Assembly: GCA_963781585.1 (NCBI GenBank)
Contig: CAWAGQ010000008.1
Coordinates: 320,001 to 384,000 of the forward strand
Length of the DNA stretch: 64,000 nucleotides
DNA from: an uncultured Gemmatimonadaceae bacterium
GTDB taxonomy: Bacteria; Gemmatimonadota; Gemmatimonadetes; Gemmatimonadales; Gemmatimonadaceae
Direction: 5' to 3'
Made by a program: the position numbers and the translations under genes. Under the pieces are notes generated by a model, which was not told the origin of the DNA, searched no databases, and saw nothing but the letters and a program-made list of their open reading frames with translations. This document shows positions 30,091-40,280 of the stretch, one piece after another (the first letter of the stretch is position 1; every line of letters starts with the position of its first letter).

Positions 30091-30154
30091 GACGTCAGAC
30101 CGGAGCAGTCGACGTCAGACCGGAGCAGTCGACGTCAGACCGGAGCAGTCGACG
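30091..30154. repeat. Tandem repeat, 3.2 x 20 bp GACGTCAGACCGGAGCAGTC
   Basis: Three exact head-to-tail copies with no spacers, upstream of holA. Confidence 0.95.
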
Positions 30155-30194
30155 AGTCGGGGGACCTGATTCTCCATCGGCTTATATTGGACCC

Positions 30195-31244
30195 ATGTCG
30201 ACGGCTACCGAGCGCGCATTGCAGAAGGCCATAAACGAGAAGACCTTCGACCGTGCGTACTACTTCCATGGCGAGGACGACTATCGGAAGGAACAGGCGA
30301 CTCGCTCTCTGGTTACCGCAGCACTGGAGGCGTCGATTCGCGACTTCAACTGCGACGTCCTGCACGGTCCAAGCGTATCACCGCAGGAACTAGAAGGGAC
30401 GCTGGCCACCCCTCCAATGCTGGCGAAACAGCGGGTCATCACGTTGCGTGACGTGCACTTGCTTGCGAGGAATGCTCGTGCGGTCTTGAACGCGTACCTT
30501 GATCATCCGGCTGCGGATGTGCTGCTGGTGCTGGTCAGTCCGGCAGGTGAGAAGAGCGACTCTGCGCTAGTCGAAGCCGCAGTCGCCATCGAGTTCGCGT
30601 CGCTCTCCGCCGCGGAGGCGTTGCGATGGATTGTGCGCCACGCATCAACCGAGCTGGGTGCGGACGTGACGGTTGGTGCCGCCTCGTTGCTTCGAGACGC
30701 CGTCGGTGCTGATCTAGCGCTTTTGGCAACGGAGCTCGACAAGTTGGCGAGCTACACTTCTGGTGCCGTGATAACAGAGGAGACCATCACCGCCGTCGTT
30801 GGCGTGCGACGCGGTGAGTCACTGGCGGACTTGCTCGACGCCGTAGCCGACAGAGACGCGGCGCGGGCGGTGTCCCTGGTCGAGCCGGTACTGATGCAGC
30901 CGAAGATGTCCGCGGTGACCGTAGTAATGGCGCTGGCAACACAGACGCTCGCCATCGGATGTGGTTGCGCGCGCAATGACGAGGGCGGACCGCGATTCTC
31001 GGAGCGCGACTATTTCTCTCTCCTGCGCGACAGTCGCGTCTACGCGAGCCGGAGCTGGGGCGACGCGGTCGCCGCCTGGGCACGCGGCATGCGCGTATGG
31101 AGCACAGCAGCCAGCGAGGAGGGGATGGAGCTTCTTCTTGCAGCCGACCATGCGGCCAAGGAAACCCGACTCTCGTCAGACGCTCAGCTGCTGACCTCTC
31201 TGGTACTCCAACTGTGTACCACGGGCGACCGTGCCGTAGCATGA
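30195..31244 (+). CDS. holA: DNA polymerase III delta subunit
   Basis: YYFHGEDDY, TPPMLAKQRVI, ELDKLASY, ITEETI. Confidence 0.9.
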   Translation: MSTATERALQKAINEKTFDRAYYFHGEDDYRKEQATRSLVTAALEASIRDFNCDVLHGPSVSPQELEGTLATPPMLAKQRVITLRDVHLLARNARAVLNAYLDHPAADVLLVLVSPAGEKSDSALVEAAVAIEFASLSAAEALRWIVRHASTELGADVTVGAASLLRDAVGADLALLATELDKLASYTSGAVITEETITAVVGVRRGESLADLLDAVADRDAARAVSLVEPVLMQPKMSAVTVVMALATQTLAIGCGCARNDEGGPRFSERDYFSLLRDSRVYASRSWGDAVAAWARGMRVWSTAASEEGMELLLAADHAAKETRLSSDAQLLTSLVLQLCTTGDRAVA

Positions 31245-32137
31245 GGGCCCAGGCCACCCGCCGCTGGCTTTGGCGTCCGGTTAAGTGCGGGGTGCTCTTG
31301 GCGGCAGCATTGGCGAGACCTGCCCTGGTGTATGGTCAGGAGAGTGACAGTGCCCTTGCGCGGATCGAGCATCTGGTGACGGCAGGCGATCGCGCAGGGG
31401 CTCGTGCGATAGCTGAGTCGCTCCTAGCTATTGTGCCATCCCGAGCGTCCCAGTACCCCGATGTACTCTATTGGCGCGCTTTTACCGCAGCCAATGCGGC
31501 GGAAGCGGAGCGGGATTATCTGCGACTGAGCATAGAATACCCGCTCTCGCGGCACGCCGCGGACGCTTTGTTGAATCTTGCCCTTCTTGAGTATGCGCGC
31601 GGGGATCGCCGAGCGGCGCAGCGACACTTTGATCGGTTGCTCCTCGAGCATCCCACTGGCCCACTGGTGGCCAAGGCGACCTACTGGAGTGGTCGGTTGT
31701 CGCTGGAAGGAGGCGACAGCGGCCGTGGCTGCTCCCTTCTGTCGTCGGCGAGGAAGGCTGTGTCGCGCGATGACATCGAGCTGCTGAACCAGATCGACTA
31801 CTACGAGTCCCGATGCGCGACCGCAACGGACTCTGCGACCCTGGCTGGAGGGGACACCAGCACACGAGCCACGAGGGGGGACAGCGTAGTCGGGGCGGGA
31901 GCAAGTTCGACCCGGGCGTTCAGTATTCAGGTCGGAGCTTTCACGACAAAGAGCGAGGCAACGAGAATCGCCTCTCGGATGAAGCAGCGGGGATTCAGTG
32001 CGCGAGTGGCTGGTGATCGAGCCCCCTATCGCGTGCGGATCGGCCGATTCGTGACCCGACAAGAGGCGGCGGCGGAGCTGGCGCGCGTGCGCAGAACGAG
32101 TCCGAAGGCGATTGTTGTCGAGGCAGAGCCACAATGA
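31241..32137 (+). CDS. TPR + SPOR domain protein
   Basis: Signal peptide, TPR-like helices, C-terminal IQVGAF...YRVRIG SPOR domain. Confidence 0.85.
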   Translation: MRAQATRRWLWRPVKCGVLLAAALARPALVYGQESDSALARIEHLVTAGDRAGARAIAESLLAIVPSRASQYPDVLYWRAFTAANAAEAERDYLRLSIEYPLSRHAADALLNLALLEYARGDRRAAQRHFDRLLLEHPTGPLVAKATYWSGRLSLEGGDSGRGCSLLSSARKAVSRDDIELLNQIDYYESRCATATDSATLAGGDTSTRATRGDSVVGAGASSTRAFSIQVGAFTTKSEATRIASRMKQRGFSARVAGDRAPYRVRIGRFVTRQEAAAELARVRRTSPKAIVVEAEPQ

Positions 32138-34782
32138 CACGGGACGCCACGCCGCTGATGCAGCAGTATCAGGAAATAAAGGCGCGTCATGAGAACGCGA
32201 TCCTGATGTTCCGGATGGGCGATTTCTACGAGATGTTCTACGATGACGCCGAGGTCGCCGCACGGGTCCTTGGATTGACACTCACCTCGCGAAATAACGG
32301 CGGTGCTTCAGAGGTCCCGCTAGCCGGGGTGCCGGTGAAGGCGGTGAGCGAATACCTGCGCCGTCTGGTGCAGCAGGGCTACCGCGTGGCGATTTGCGAA
32401 CAGGTGGAAGATCCGAAGTACGCGAAGGGGATTGTGCGGCGTGCGGTCGTCGAGACCGTGACACCAGGCGCTGCGTTTTCCGATGACCTGCTCCGGTCAG
32501 ACCACAACAATTTCCTATGCGCGTTGCAAGTCGAGGGGGATACGCTCGGAATTGCTGCCGCGGATGTCTCGACCGGCACGTTTCAGCTGGCTGTGGCGGG
32601 GCGCCGTGACTGGAGTGCCTCACTGGCGAGGTTCGCACCGCGCGAGGTGCTGCTCGCGCGTGGATCGAAGGTGCTGGACACCGACATGCAAATGGGCAGC
32701 GCGCTGGTCACCGAGCGCGAGGCTTGGGAGTTCGACTCTGCTCTGGCCAAGGACGAGCTGGGACGCCAGTTCGCTATGCATGCCATCGATGGCCTCGGGC
32801 TCGAGGGGGAGGCCGAATCGGCGCTCGGCGCTGCGGGGGCGCTCGTCCGATATCTTCGGGAGCTCCAACCAGGTGGGGTGCCGCATCTCATGCGGCCGGT
32901 TTTCGAGCGCGATGGTCAGATGATGCCGCTCGACGAGATGACACGTCGCAACCTGGAACTTGTCGATTCGCTTCGGACGTCAGGAGATGCACCGGAAAGC
33001 CGGGCGGAAGCGGAGCAATCCGGGACGCTCCTCGGCGTTCTCGATCGCACGCTGACAGGGATGGGCGCGCGACTCTTGCGTCAATGGATGCTGGCGCCGC
33101 TGCTGACGAAGACGTCGGTCGATGCCCGACTCGACGGAGTTGCTGCCTTGGTCAGTTCGCCGATTGCGCGGGCCGCACTGCGGAGCGAGCTGGACCAGGT
33201 CCGCGACATCGAGCGGCTGGCGAGCAAAGCAGCTGCGGGCCGCTCCACTCCCCGCGAGTTGCGCGCGCTCGGCGACTCCCTCGCTCACCTGCCTGCGGTG
33301 GCCGCCCGGGCGCGTGATGCCGGCGAGGCCGGCGCGTTGGGTCCGGTGCTCGTGGCGTGGGACGACTGCGCTGACGTGGCGGAGGATGTCCACGCAACAC
33401 TAGTGGATCGGCCGGGAAGCGCGGTGGGTGATGGCGATGTGGTGCGACGCGGCGTCGATGAGATGCTGGATGAGTTGCGCGCGCTGCGCGACGGCGGCAA
33501 GGAGTCCATCGCGCGGATCCAGACAGCCGAGCGCGCGCGGACCGGCATTCCGTCGCTGAAGGTCGGGTACAACAAGGTCTTCGGATATTTCATCGAAGTG
33601 ACCAACGCCAACCGCCATCTCATTCCGGACGATTATCAGCGTCGTCAGACGCTAAGCGGGGCCGAGCGGTACGTGACGCCCGCCCTGAAGGAGTTCGAGG
33701 AGAAGGTTCTGACCGCGACCGAGCAGATAGAGGCGCGCGAAGCAGAACTGTTCGAGAACCTCCGGCGTCGGGTGGGCGCGCACGTCAGGCGGTTGCAGCC
33801 GGCGGCGGGACGGGTGGCGGTGCTCGACGTCCTGGCCAGCCTGGCAGAGGTCGCAGCCAGCGAAGGGTATACGCGTCCGGAAATCGAGGATGGGTTCGAT
33901 CTCGAGATCGTGGGAGGGCGTCACCCGGTGGTGGAGCGGATGATGGCACGGGAGCGCTTCATACCGAACGACGTGCATCTGCCCAACGATGCGCGCATGA
34001 TGATTCTGACGGGGCCGAACATGTCGGGAAAATCAACGATCCTCCGTCAGGTGGGCCTGATCGTGTTGATGGCGCAGATGGGAAGCTTTGTACCGGCGAG
34101 TCGGGCGCGAATCGGACTGGTGGATCGGGTCTTCACGCGCGTTGGGGCAAGCGACAATCTGGTGCGGGGGCAGTCGACGTTCATGGTCGAGATGTCGGAA
34201 ACCAGCGCGATTCTCCACGCAGCGACGGCTCGCAGTCTCGTCCTGCTGGATGAGATCGGCCGCGGCACCTCGACCTACGACGGCGTTTCGATCGCCTGGG
34301 CCGTCAGCGAGTATCTGCACGACCGGATCGGCGCGAAGACGATCTTCGCGACGCACTATCACGAACTGACACAACTGGCTGACGAATTAGTATCACTGCG
34401 TAACTATAATGTGACCGTTCGTGAAGTGGGCGACGCGGTGGTCTTCCTGCACCGGCTGCAACCTGGGGGCGCCGACCGTTCCTACGGGATCGAGGTGGGG
34501 AGATTGGCCGGTTTGCCGGCGCCGGTCCTCGATCGTGCGCGCGAGGTCCTGCGGCTTCTCGAAGGCGAGCAATTGGCGGCCCGTCTGCAGGAGAGCACAG
34601 GTGCGACCCGGTCGGACGCGGACGGGCCGGCGGGATCCGGGGCGGACCGAGCGGCACAGCTGCCCCTCTTTGCGGCGCGCGAGCACCCGGTTGTCGAGCG
34701 CCTTCGCGGTCTGCGCCCCGAACGGACCACTCCTCTCGATGCCCTGCAGGTGCTGGATGAACTGGTACGGATGGTACAATGA
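32134..34782 (+). CDS. mutS: DNA mismatch repair protein MutS
   Basis: TPLMQQY, FRMGDFYE, TGPNMSGKST, STFMVEM, DEIGRGTS, SYGIEV. Confidence 0.98.
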   Translation: MTRDATPLMQQYQEIKARHENAILMFRMGDFYEMFYDDAEVAARVLGLTLTSRNNGGASEVPLAGVPVKAVSEYLRRLVQQGYRVAICEQVEDPKYAKGIVRRAVVETVTPGAAFSDDLLRSDHNNFLCALQVEGDTLGIAAADVSTGTFQLAVAGRRDWSASLARFAPREVLLARGSKVLDTDMQMGSALVTEREAWEFDSALAKDELGRQFAMHAIDGLGLEGEAESALGAAGALVRYLRELQPGGVPHLMRPVFERDGQMMPLDEMTRRNLELVDSLRTSGDAPESRAEAEQSGTLLGVLDRTLTGMGARLLRQWMLAPLLTKTSVDARLDGVAALVSSPIARAALRSELDQVRDIERLASKAAAGRSTPRELRALGDSLAHLPAVAARARDAGEAGALGPVLVAWDDCADVAEDVHATLVDRPGSAVGDGDVVRRGVDEMLDELRALRDGGKESIARIQTAERARTGIPSLKVGYNKVFGYFIEVTNANRHLIPDDYQRRQTLSGAERYVTPALKEFEEKVLTATEQIEAREAELFENLRRRVGAHVRRLQPAAGRVAVLDVLASLAEVAASEGYTRPEIEDGFDLEIVGGRHPVVERMMARERFIPNDVHLPNDARMMILTGPNMSGKSTILRQVGLIVLMAQMGSFVPASRARIGLVDRVFTRVGASDNLVRGQSTFMVEMSETSAILHAATARSLVLLDEIGRGTSTYDGVSIAWAVSEYLHDRIGAKTIFATHYHELTQLADELVSLRNYNVTVREVGDAVVFLHRLQPGGADRSYGIEVGRLAGLPAPVLDRAREVLRLLEGEQLAARLQESTGATRSDADGPAGSGADRAAQLPLFAAREHPVVERLRGLRPERTTPLDALQVLDELVRMVQ

Positions 34783-35276
34783 CCGATCGTACGCGCGGCC
34801 GGGTTGGAGGAGGGACGGGGGGAGCGCCAAGGGTGGCCGGATGGCCGGCGAGGCGATTGGCACGTGGTCTAGCTGGCAGCCTGGTGCTCATGCTGGGGCT
34901 TGCGTGCGCTGATGCGCGGCGTACGTGGGATCGCTTCCGCGGCGGTGACGAGGCGGTACAGCTTCCGGCACTGCTGAACGAGGATTTGCCGTTTCGCTAT
35001 CCACCGGACCTATACATGCTGCAGGTACAAGACAACGTGACGTTGCGGCTGCATATCGATTCGCTTGGCATGGTGGTGCCGGAATCCACGGTGATCGCAG
35101 AGCACGCGGCCAGCGCGGCCTTCGATGCGGCGGCACTTGCGGGTGCCGCGCATTTGATTTTCCGGCCGGCGCGGCGGGGCGAGCGCCGGATCGGCTACAC
35201 GGTGCTCTTCCCGATCAAGTTTCGCGTGCCCGGTGCACGTCCCCTACCGGGTGATTCAGCGGCCACCAGACAATGA
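34779..35276 (+). CDS. TonB C-terminal domain protein
   Basis: FRYPP...VTLRLHIDSLG...FDAAA...FRPA...PIKF. Confidence 0.75.
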   Translation: MTDRTRGRVGGGTGGAPRVAGWPARRLARGLAGSLVLMLGLACADARRTWDRFRGGDEAVQLPALLNEDLPFRYPPDLYMLQVQDNVTLRLHIDSLGMVVPESTVIAEHAASAAFDAAALAGAAHLIFRPARRGERRIGYTVLFPIKFRVPGARPLPGDSAATRQ

Positions 35277-35313
35277 CGCTGCCCCATCCGGTTCTCGCAC
35301 CCGGAGCCGTTCA

Positions 35314-36732
35314 ATGACTTCTTCGACTTTGACTCCGCCATCTGTGACGCGGAACCGCACGCCGTATGAATCGGTGCTGGAGACGATCGGCTGGACGCCG
35401 CTGATCCGTCTTACGAGAGTCACGCGTGGCATGCACACCCCGGTGTACGGCAAGGCGGAGTTCTTCAATCCGGGCGGATCCCTCAAGGATCGCATCGGCC
35501 TGCCCATCATCGAGCAGGCCGAGCGCGAGGGACGACTCAAGCCGGGTGGGGTGATTGTCGAAGGGACCAGCGGCAACACAGGTGTTGGTCTGGCGATCGC
35601 AGCGGCGATCAAGGGGTATCGTTGCGTATTCACGCTGCCGGACAAGATGTCCCAGGAGAAGGTCCGGTTGCTGAAGGCGTTCGGGGCCGAGGTGATCATT
35701 ACACCGACTGCGGTCCCCCCGGACCATCCCGACAACTACGTGATGGTCGCGAAGCGTATCGCGGCGGAGACGCCGAATGCGGTTCTCGCGAATCAATTCT
35801 ACAACCAGGCCAATCCAGCTACGCACTACGCGACGACCGGGCCGGAGCTGTGGGAACAGTCGGAAGGGCGAATCACGCACTTCGTTTCGGCGGCTGGCAC
35901 CGGGGGTAACCTGACCGGTGTGGGCCGCTATCTGAAGGAGCGGAATCCCCGGGTTCAGATAATCGCCGGTGACCCACAGGGCTCGATACTGGCGGAGCAG
36001 TGGCGCAGCCAGGGGCAGTCGAGTGTCGAGGGAGCACCCTACAAGGTGGAGGGCGTGGGCCAGGACAAGCTTCCCGGAACGCTCGATATGAGCGTGATCG
36101 ACGAGTTTCAGACGGTGAGCGACAAGGATGCGTTCGCGATGGCTCGGCGCCTGACACGCGAGGAGGGATTGTTCGTGGGCGGGTCCAGCGGACTCATCAC
36201 CTGCGTGGCGCTGAGCGTCGCGCGGCGCGTGAACGATCCCAAGGCGTTTGTGGTGACACTGCTGTGCGACACAGGGGAGCGTTACTTGTCGAAGCTCTAC
36301 AACGATGAATGGATGCGTGAGAACCAGTTGCTGAATGTCGAGCGCGTCACGCTGGAACACGTCCTCCTGGGGAAGCTGGACGGGATGACGGCCGTGGTGA
36401 GTGCGACGCCGGGAGCGACGGTACGGCAGGCGCTACGGTTGATGACGTTGCACGACGTGTCGCAGTTGCCGGTGATGGATGGTACAACCTGCGTAGGGTC
36501 GGTGAGCGAGGCATCGCTAACGGCACGGGCGCTGGAACGACCCGACCTGCTGGATGCCGTCGTGAGCGACGCGATGGACGCTCCCTTTCCCATCGTTGAT
36601 GCAGCGATGCCAGCGGACGCGGTGGCCAAGGTGCTCTCGAAGAGCAACCCGGCGGTGCTCGTGCAGACCCAGGGCGCAGTGGAGGGAATCGTGACGCGCT
36701 CGGATCTGCTGCATTTCATGATGTCACGCTGA
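35314..36732 (+). CDS. Cystathionine beta-synthase with C-terminal CBS domains
   Basis: NPGGSLKDR, TSGNTG, GTGG, RYLSKLYNDEWM, tandem CBS domains. Confidence 0.93.
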   Translation: MTSSTLTPPSVTRNRTPYESVLETIGWTPLIRLTRVTRGMHTPVYGKAEFFNPGGSLKDRIGLPIIEQAEREGRLKPGGVIVEGTSGNTGVGLAIAAAIKGYRCVFTLPDKMSQEKVRLLKAFGAEVIITPTAVPPDHPDNYVMVAKRIAAETPNAVLANQFYNQANPATHYATTGPELWEQSEGRITHFVSAAGTGGNLTGVGRYLKERNPRVQIIAGDPQGSILAEQWRSQGQSSVEGAPYKVEGVGQDKLPGTLDMSVIDEFQTVSDKDAFAMARRLTREEGLFVGGSSGLITCVALSVARRVNDPKAFVVTLLCDTGERYLSKLYNDEWMRENQLLNVERVTLEHVLLGKLDGMTAVVSATPGATVRQALRLMTLHDVSQLPVMDGTTCVGSVSEASLTARALERPDLLDAVVSDAMDAPFPIVDAAMPADAVAKVLSKSNPAVLVQTQGAVEGIVTRSDLLHFMMSR

Positions 36733-36868
36733 ATCGCGGCGTCATGGGTTTGATTCGCGTCTTCTGGTACCGCGTGACGCGGGTCGACACGGTCCGGCGG
36801 GTGGGGCGATCCCACTTGTCTGTTCGTGGTCGCGTCGCACGCAACGAAACCGTACGCTGCGTCGCGAC

Positions 36869-37918
36869 GTGAAGATCACGGTGCTCATGGGCGGAACATC
36901 CGCCGAACGAGACGTCTCCATAGCTTCGGGGCTGCGTATCGCGCAGGCGTTGCGCGGCCGCGGTCACGAGGTGACGTCGCTTGATACTGTGCTTGGCGTG
37001 ATCGATGTGACGGAGGAGCGGGCGCTGCTCCATTCAGGTGTGGGAACGGCTCCCCCGTCGCTCGACACCCTGGCTTCGATGTCCCGGTCGGCGATCTGGC
37101 CAGCGTTGGGGTCGCTGCCCGTGATCCGGGAAGTGGACGTCGTCTTTCTCGCGCTTCACGGAGGGGACGGTGAGGATGGCACGCTCCAGGCGTTCTTTGA
37201 CCTGTGCGGGGTCCGATATACCGCCAGCGGACCCCTCGGTAGCGCGCTGGCAATGGACAAGGAGCTGTCCAAGAAGTTGTTTCGCGCGGACGGCATACGG
37301 ACGCCGGATTGGCTGATGGCGCCGACGGCGCGAGGAGCGGACCACGGCTGGGATTCGACCGCCTTTCTCGACACGGTCGACCAGCACTTGCGGTACCCGG
37401 TGATCGTGAAGCCGTCGAAACAGGGATCAACGGTGGGCCTAACGCTGGTGAAGAAGCGACCGGACCTTGTCGCGGCGATGGACGAGGCGTTTCGCTACGA
37501 CGATGAGGTCATGCTGGAGGAGTACATTCCCGGACGTGAACTGACGGTGACGATTCTTGGCGACTCGGCATTGCCGGTGGGGGAGATCATTCCGGAGCAC
37601 GAGATCTATGATTATGAGTGCAAGTACACGAAGGGCATGGCGGTAGAGGAATTCCCTGCCCGGCTTCCGCCGGAGCAGGCCCGTGTGGTTCAGGAAGAGG
37701 CGAAGCGCGCATTTGCATCGCTGAAGCTCCGGGGGTACGGGCGGATCGACTTCCGCCTGAGCCCGCAAGGTGGTTTTTTCTGTCTGGAGGCGAACACCCT
37801 TCCGGGGATGACGGAACTGAGTCTGGTGCCACAAGCAGCGGCCGCAGCGGGGATGTCATTTCCGGAGCTCTGCGAGCGCATCGTACAGCTTGCATTCAAC
37901 GACAGGGGCGATCGGTAA
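36869..37918 (+). CDS. ddl: D-alanine--D-alanine ligase
   Basis: GGTSAERDVS, LHGGDGEDG, MDK, GSTVG, YDYECKY, EANTLPGMT. Confidence 0.97.
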   Translation: MKITVLMGGTSAERDVSIASGLRIAQALRGRGHEVTSLDTVLGVIDVTEERALLHSGVGTAPPSLDTLASMSRSAIWPALGSLPVIREVDVVFLALHGGDGEDGTLQAFFDLCGVRYTASGPLGSALAMDKELSKKLFRADGIRTPDWLMAPTARGADHGWDSTAFLDTVDQHLRYPVIVKPSKQGSTVGLTLVKKRPDLVAAMDEAFRYDDEVMLEEYIPGRELTVTILGDSALPVGEIIPEHEIYDYECKYTKGMAVEEFPARLPPEQARVVQEEAKRAFASLKLRGYGRIDFRLSPQGGFFCLEANTLPGMTELSLVPQAAAAAGMSFPELCERIVQLAFNDRGDR

Positions 37919-37919
37919 C

Positions 37920-38579
37920 ATGGGAGCCACACCGGTACTCGCTGCGGCCCTGGCCGGCATTCCGGCGGGCATACAGAGACAGGGCATCTGCGCTGGGCGG
38001 CGACAGCTATTCGTGCGGTTCGCCGGGCCGGCAGAGACCGCGCAGATGTACACGGCAGACGCATTGGCCCGTGAGCTGAATCGCGCCCTGTCGCGGACGG
38101 TATTCCATTCCGTGTGCGTCACGGGGCGGGACGCGCTGGGCAATCCGGAATTCCTAGCCGCCGCGTTTCGACAACTCCCGCCAGGATGCGAAATCGTGGT
38201 CGATACGGACGGGCAGCGTCCGGAGTCACTGGCCGCGTTGCAGCCATTTGTGAAGCTCCTGCAGCTGACGGTGGAGCCGCCAGTTTCGGCCGCCGTACTC
38301 GAGCGCGGGATGGAGACCATTCGCACGGCAGCCCGCGCCGGTTGCGCCCATGCTGTGACGATCGCCGGTACCGACGAGGCCAGTGACGCGGATTATCTAC
38401 AGATCGTCGAGTTGACGCATGACGCCAGTGCGGCGGCGGCGATCGTGATTCACCCCGGCCCAGGCGCGGAACGGGGAGCCCTGGACAAGCGTTGGAGCGT
38501 GCTCATGGAGCATGCCTCGTCCCGGCATCGCGACGTCAGGCTGGTGTCGCGGTTGACCGGGCCGTCGACCATGCGGTAG
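37920..38579 (+). CDS. Degenerate QueE/NrdG-like radical-SAM-fold protein lacking CxxxCxxC
   Basis: GIQRQG..AGRRQLFVRFAG, SVCVTGRDAL and VVDTDG parallel QueE SIQGEG..G.RQ.FVRFAGC, TGGEP and ETNG. Confidence 0.6.
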   Translation: MGATPVLAAALAGIPAGIQRQGICAGRRQLFVRFAGPAETAQMYTADALARELNRALSRTVFHSVCVTGRDALGNPEFLAAAFRQLPPGCEIVVDTDGQRPESLAALQPFVKLLQLTVEPPVSAAVLERGMETIRTAARAGCAHAVTIAGTDEASDADYLQIVELTHDASAAAAIVIHPGPGAERGALDKRWSVLMEHASSRHRDVRLVSRLTGPSTMR

Positions 38580-38675
38580 CCGGCATTGGGTTGCAAACCG
38601 CGTCGTGAGGGTGGAGGAACAGATGTCCGACGGACGTGATAGAAGGATGGAAGTCTTCAGTCATTCCCGTGCCGC

Positions 38676-39593
38676 ATGACCGCCCTGTCTGTCGAAGATC
38701 TCGAAAGTTCGCGCCCTCCGCGCGCGGTGCAGTGGCTGATCGCGTTGAACGTCGCGGTCTTCTACCTGCAATGGAATCTCGTGGGCTCCGGCAACATGGA
38801 GCACGCGCTCGGCTTCACATCGCGGAACCTGTCCGACGCGCCGTGGACGGTGGTTTCGCTCGTGACGTACATGTTTGTGCATGCTGGCGTGTGGCAGCTG
38901 GTGCTGAACATGTACATGCTGTGGCTGTTTGGTCCCCGGCTCGAGCGTGTCTGGAGCGCCGGTGAATTCTCGCGCTACTACATCCTATGCGGCCTCGGGG
39001 GCTGGCTGTTCCATCTCCTGTTTGCGCGTGACAGTCTTCTGGTGGGGTCGTCGGCGGCGGTCCTGGGGGTGATGCTGGCGTATTCGGCGCGGTGGCCGGA
39101 CGACGAGGTATACCTGTTCGGCATGGTGCCGATACGGGCTCGGTGGCTCGCGCCGCTCATGGGCGGCGTGCTGGTGGGCGCCGGCATGATTGCTGGTGGG
39201 GACGCTGCTGGGACCGCGTATCTGGCGCACGTGGGCGGGCTTGCGGCCGGATGGCTGTATCTCCGGTCGTCGATGTCGACCAGCATCGACCGACTGCGGC
39301 AGCGGGTCTCACAGCTCCCCGATGTCCCGGAGGAATTGCCGCGCGCCATTCCCCGTTCGATGCCACGTGTGCGTGAGCGCGGTGGGGTGATAGACGACGT
39401 TGTCGCGCGGAGCAACGCTGCGCTCGGCCAACGGTCGGCCAAGGCGTCCCCGTCGCCTGGTCGGGAGGGGCGTCGGCTGACCGATCTCAACATGGTCCTG
39501 GACAAGATCTCGCAGCAGGGGATCGACAGCCTAACGAGCGACGAGCGCAAGCTGCTGGAGGAAATGTCGCAAGAATTGCGGCGGAAGGAATAA
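38676..39593 (+). CDS. Rhomboid intramembrane serine protease with C-terminal DUF6576-like tail
   Basis: TYMFVH, NM, GSS catalytic Ser, AHVGG catalytic His; LDKISQQGIDSLT.DER tail. Confidence 0.9.
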   Translation: MTALSVEDLESSRPPRAVQWLIALNVAVFYLQWNLVGSGNMEHALGFTSRNLSDAPWTVVSLVTYMFVHAGVWQLVLNMYMLWLFGPRLERVWSAGEFSRYYILCGLGGWLFHLLFARDSLLVGSSAAVLGVMLAYSARWPDDEVYLFGMVPIRARWLAPLMGGVLVGAGMIAGGDAAGTAYLAHVGGLAAGWLYLRSSMSTSIDRLRQRVSQLPDVPEELPRAIPRSMPRVRERGGVIDDVVARSNAALGQRSAKASPSPGREGRRLTDLNMVLDKISQQGIDSLTSDERKLLEEMSQELRRKE

Positions 39594-39866
39594 GGGGGAC
39601 CACCGCAAACTCGTCCTGGCGGTCGTGTTCCGCCACTGGCCGCAGACGTCGATCAGCCGGAGCACCCAAGAAAGAGCCCCCCGGACATGCCGGGGGGCGG
39701 GTGCCGCCACGCCGTTCTCGCGGCGGCGTCTGCTGGCGCATACGCGCCAGCTTCCGGAAGGTACGGATGGGTGCCCGGGCTGTCCATCCCGCGTGGCGCG
39801 ATTTCCGGAGGTGTGTGCGGCGGCCCGCAGCTGGCGTGACGAATACCGAGGATAGATTGTAGCGTC

Positions 39867-40280
39867 ATGCCCCAACCGGATCTCCTGGAGACCTTTCCCA
39901 ATCCCCACCCGGGCAGACCATACGAGGTTCATCTCGTCTGCACGGAGTTCACCTCGCTCTGTCCGATGGGAGGAGTGGAGAGCGACGCCGCCGAGCTGTC
40001 GCTGCTCAATGGAGGGGCGCCGGATTTCGGGGTCATCGACATCACGTACATTCCCGCCGAGCGATGCGTGGAGCTGAAGAGTCTAAAGCTGTATCTGTGG
40101 AGCTATCGAAACGACGGGGTTTTCTACGAGCGCGCCGTGAACCAGATCCTGGATGATCTCCAGGAGCGGCTGGTGCCGCAATGGATTCGCGTGACGGGAG
40201 ATTTCAACGTGCGCGGGGGAATCAAGTCGATCATCAGCGCAACGGCGGGAGCCCCACCAGTCGAGAACGAGCGTCGTTAG
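39867..40280 (+). CDS. queF: preQ1 synthase (NADPH-dependent 7-cyano-7-deazaguanine reductase)
   Basis: LETFPNP, EFTSLCP, PDFG, VELKSLKLY, FNVRGGI. Confidence 0.94.
   Translation: MPQPDLLETFPNPHPGRPYEVHLVCTEFTSLCPMGGVESDAAELSLLNGGAPDFGVIDITYIPAERCVELKSLKLYLWSYRNDGVFYERAVNQILDDLQERLVPQWIRVTGDFNVRGGIKSIISATAGAPPVENERR

Noticed and set aside
30091..30154. Possible CRISPR array
   Set aside because: Repeats abut with no spacers and there are no cas genes; it is a simple tandem repeat.
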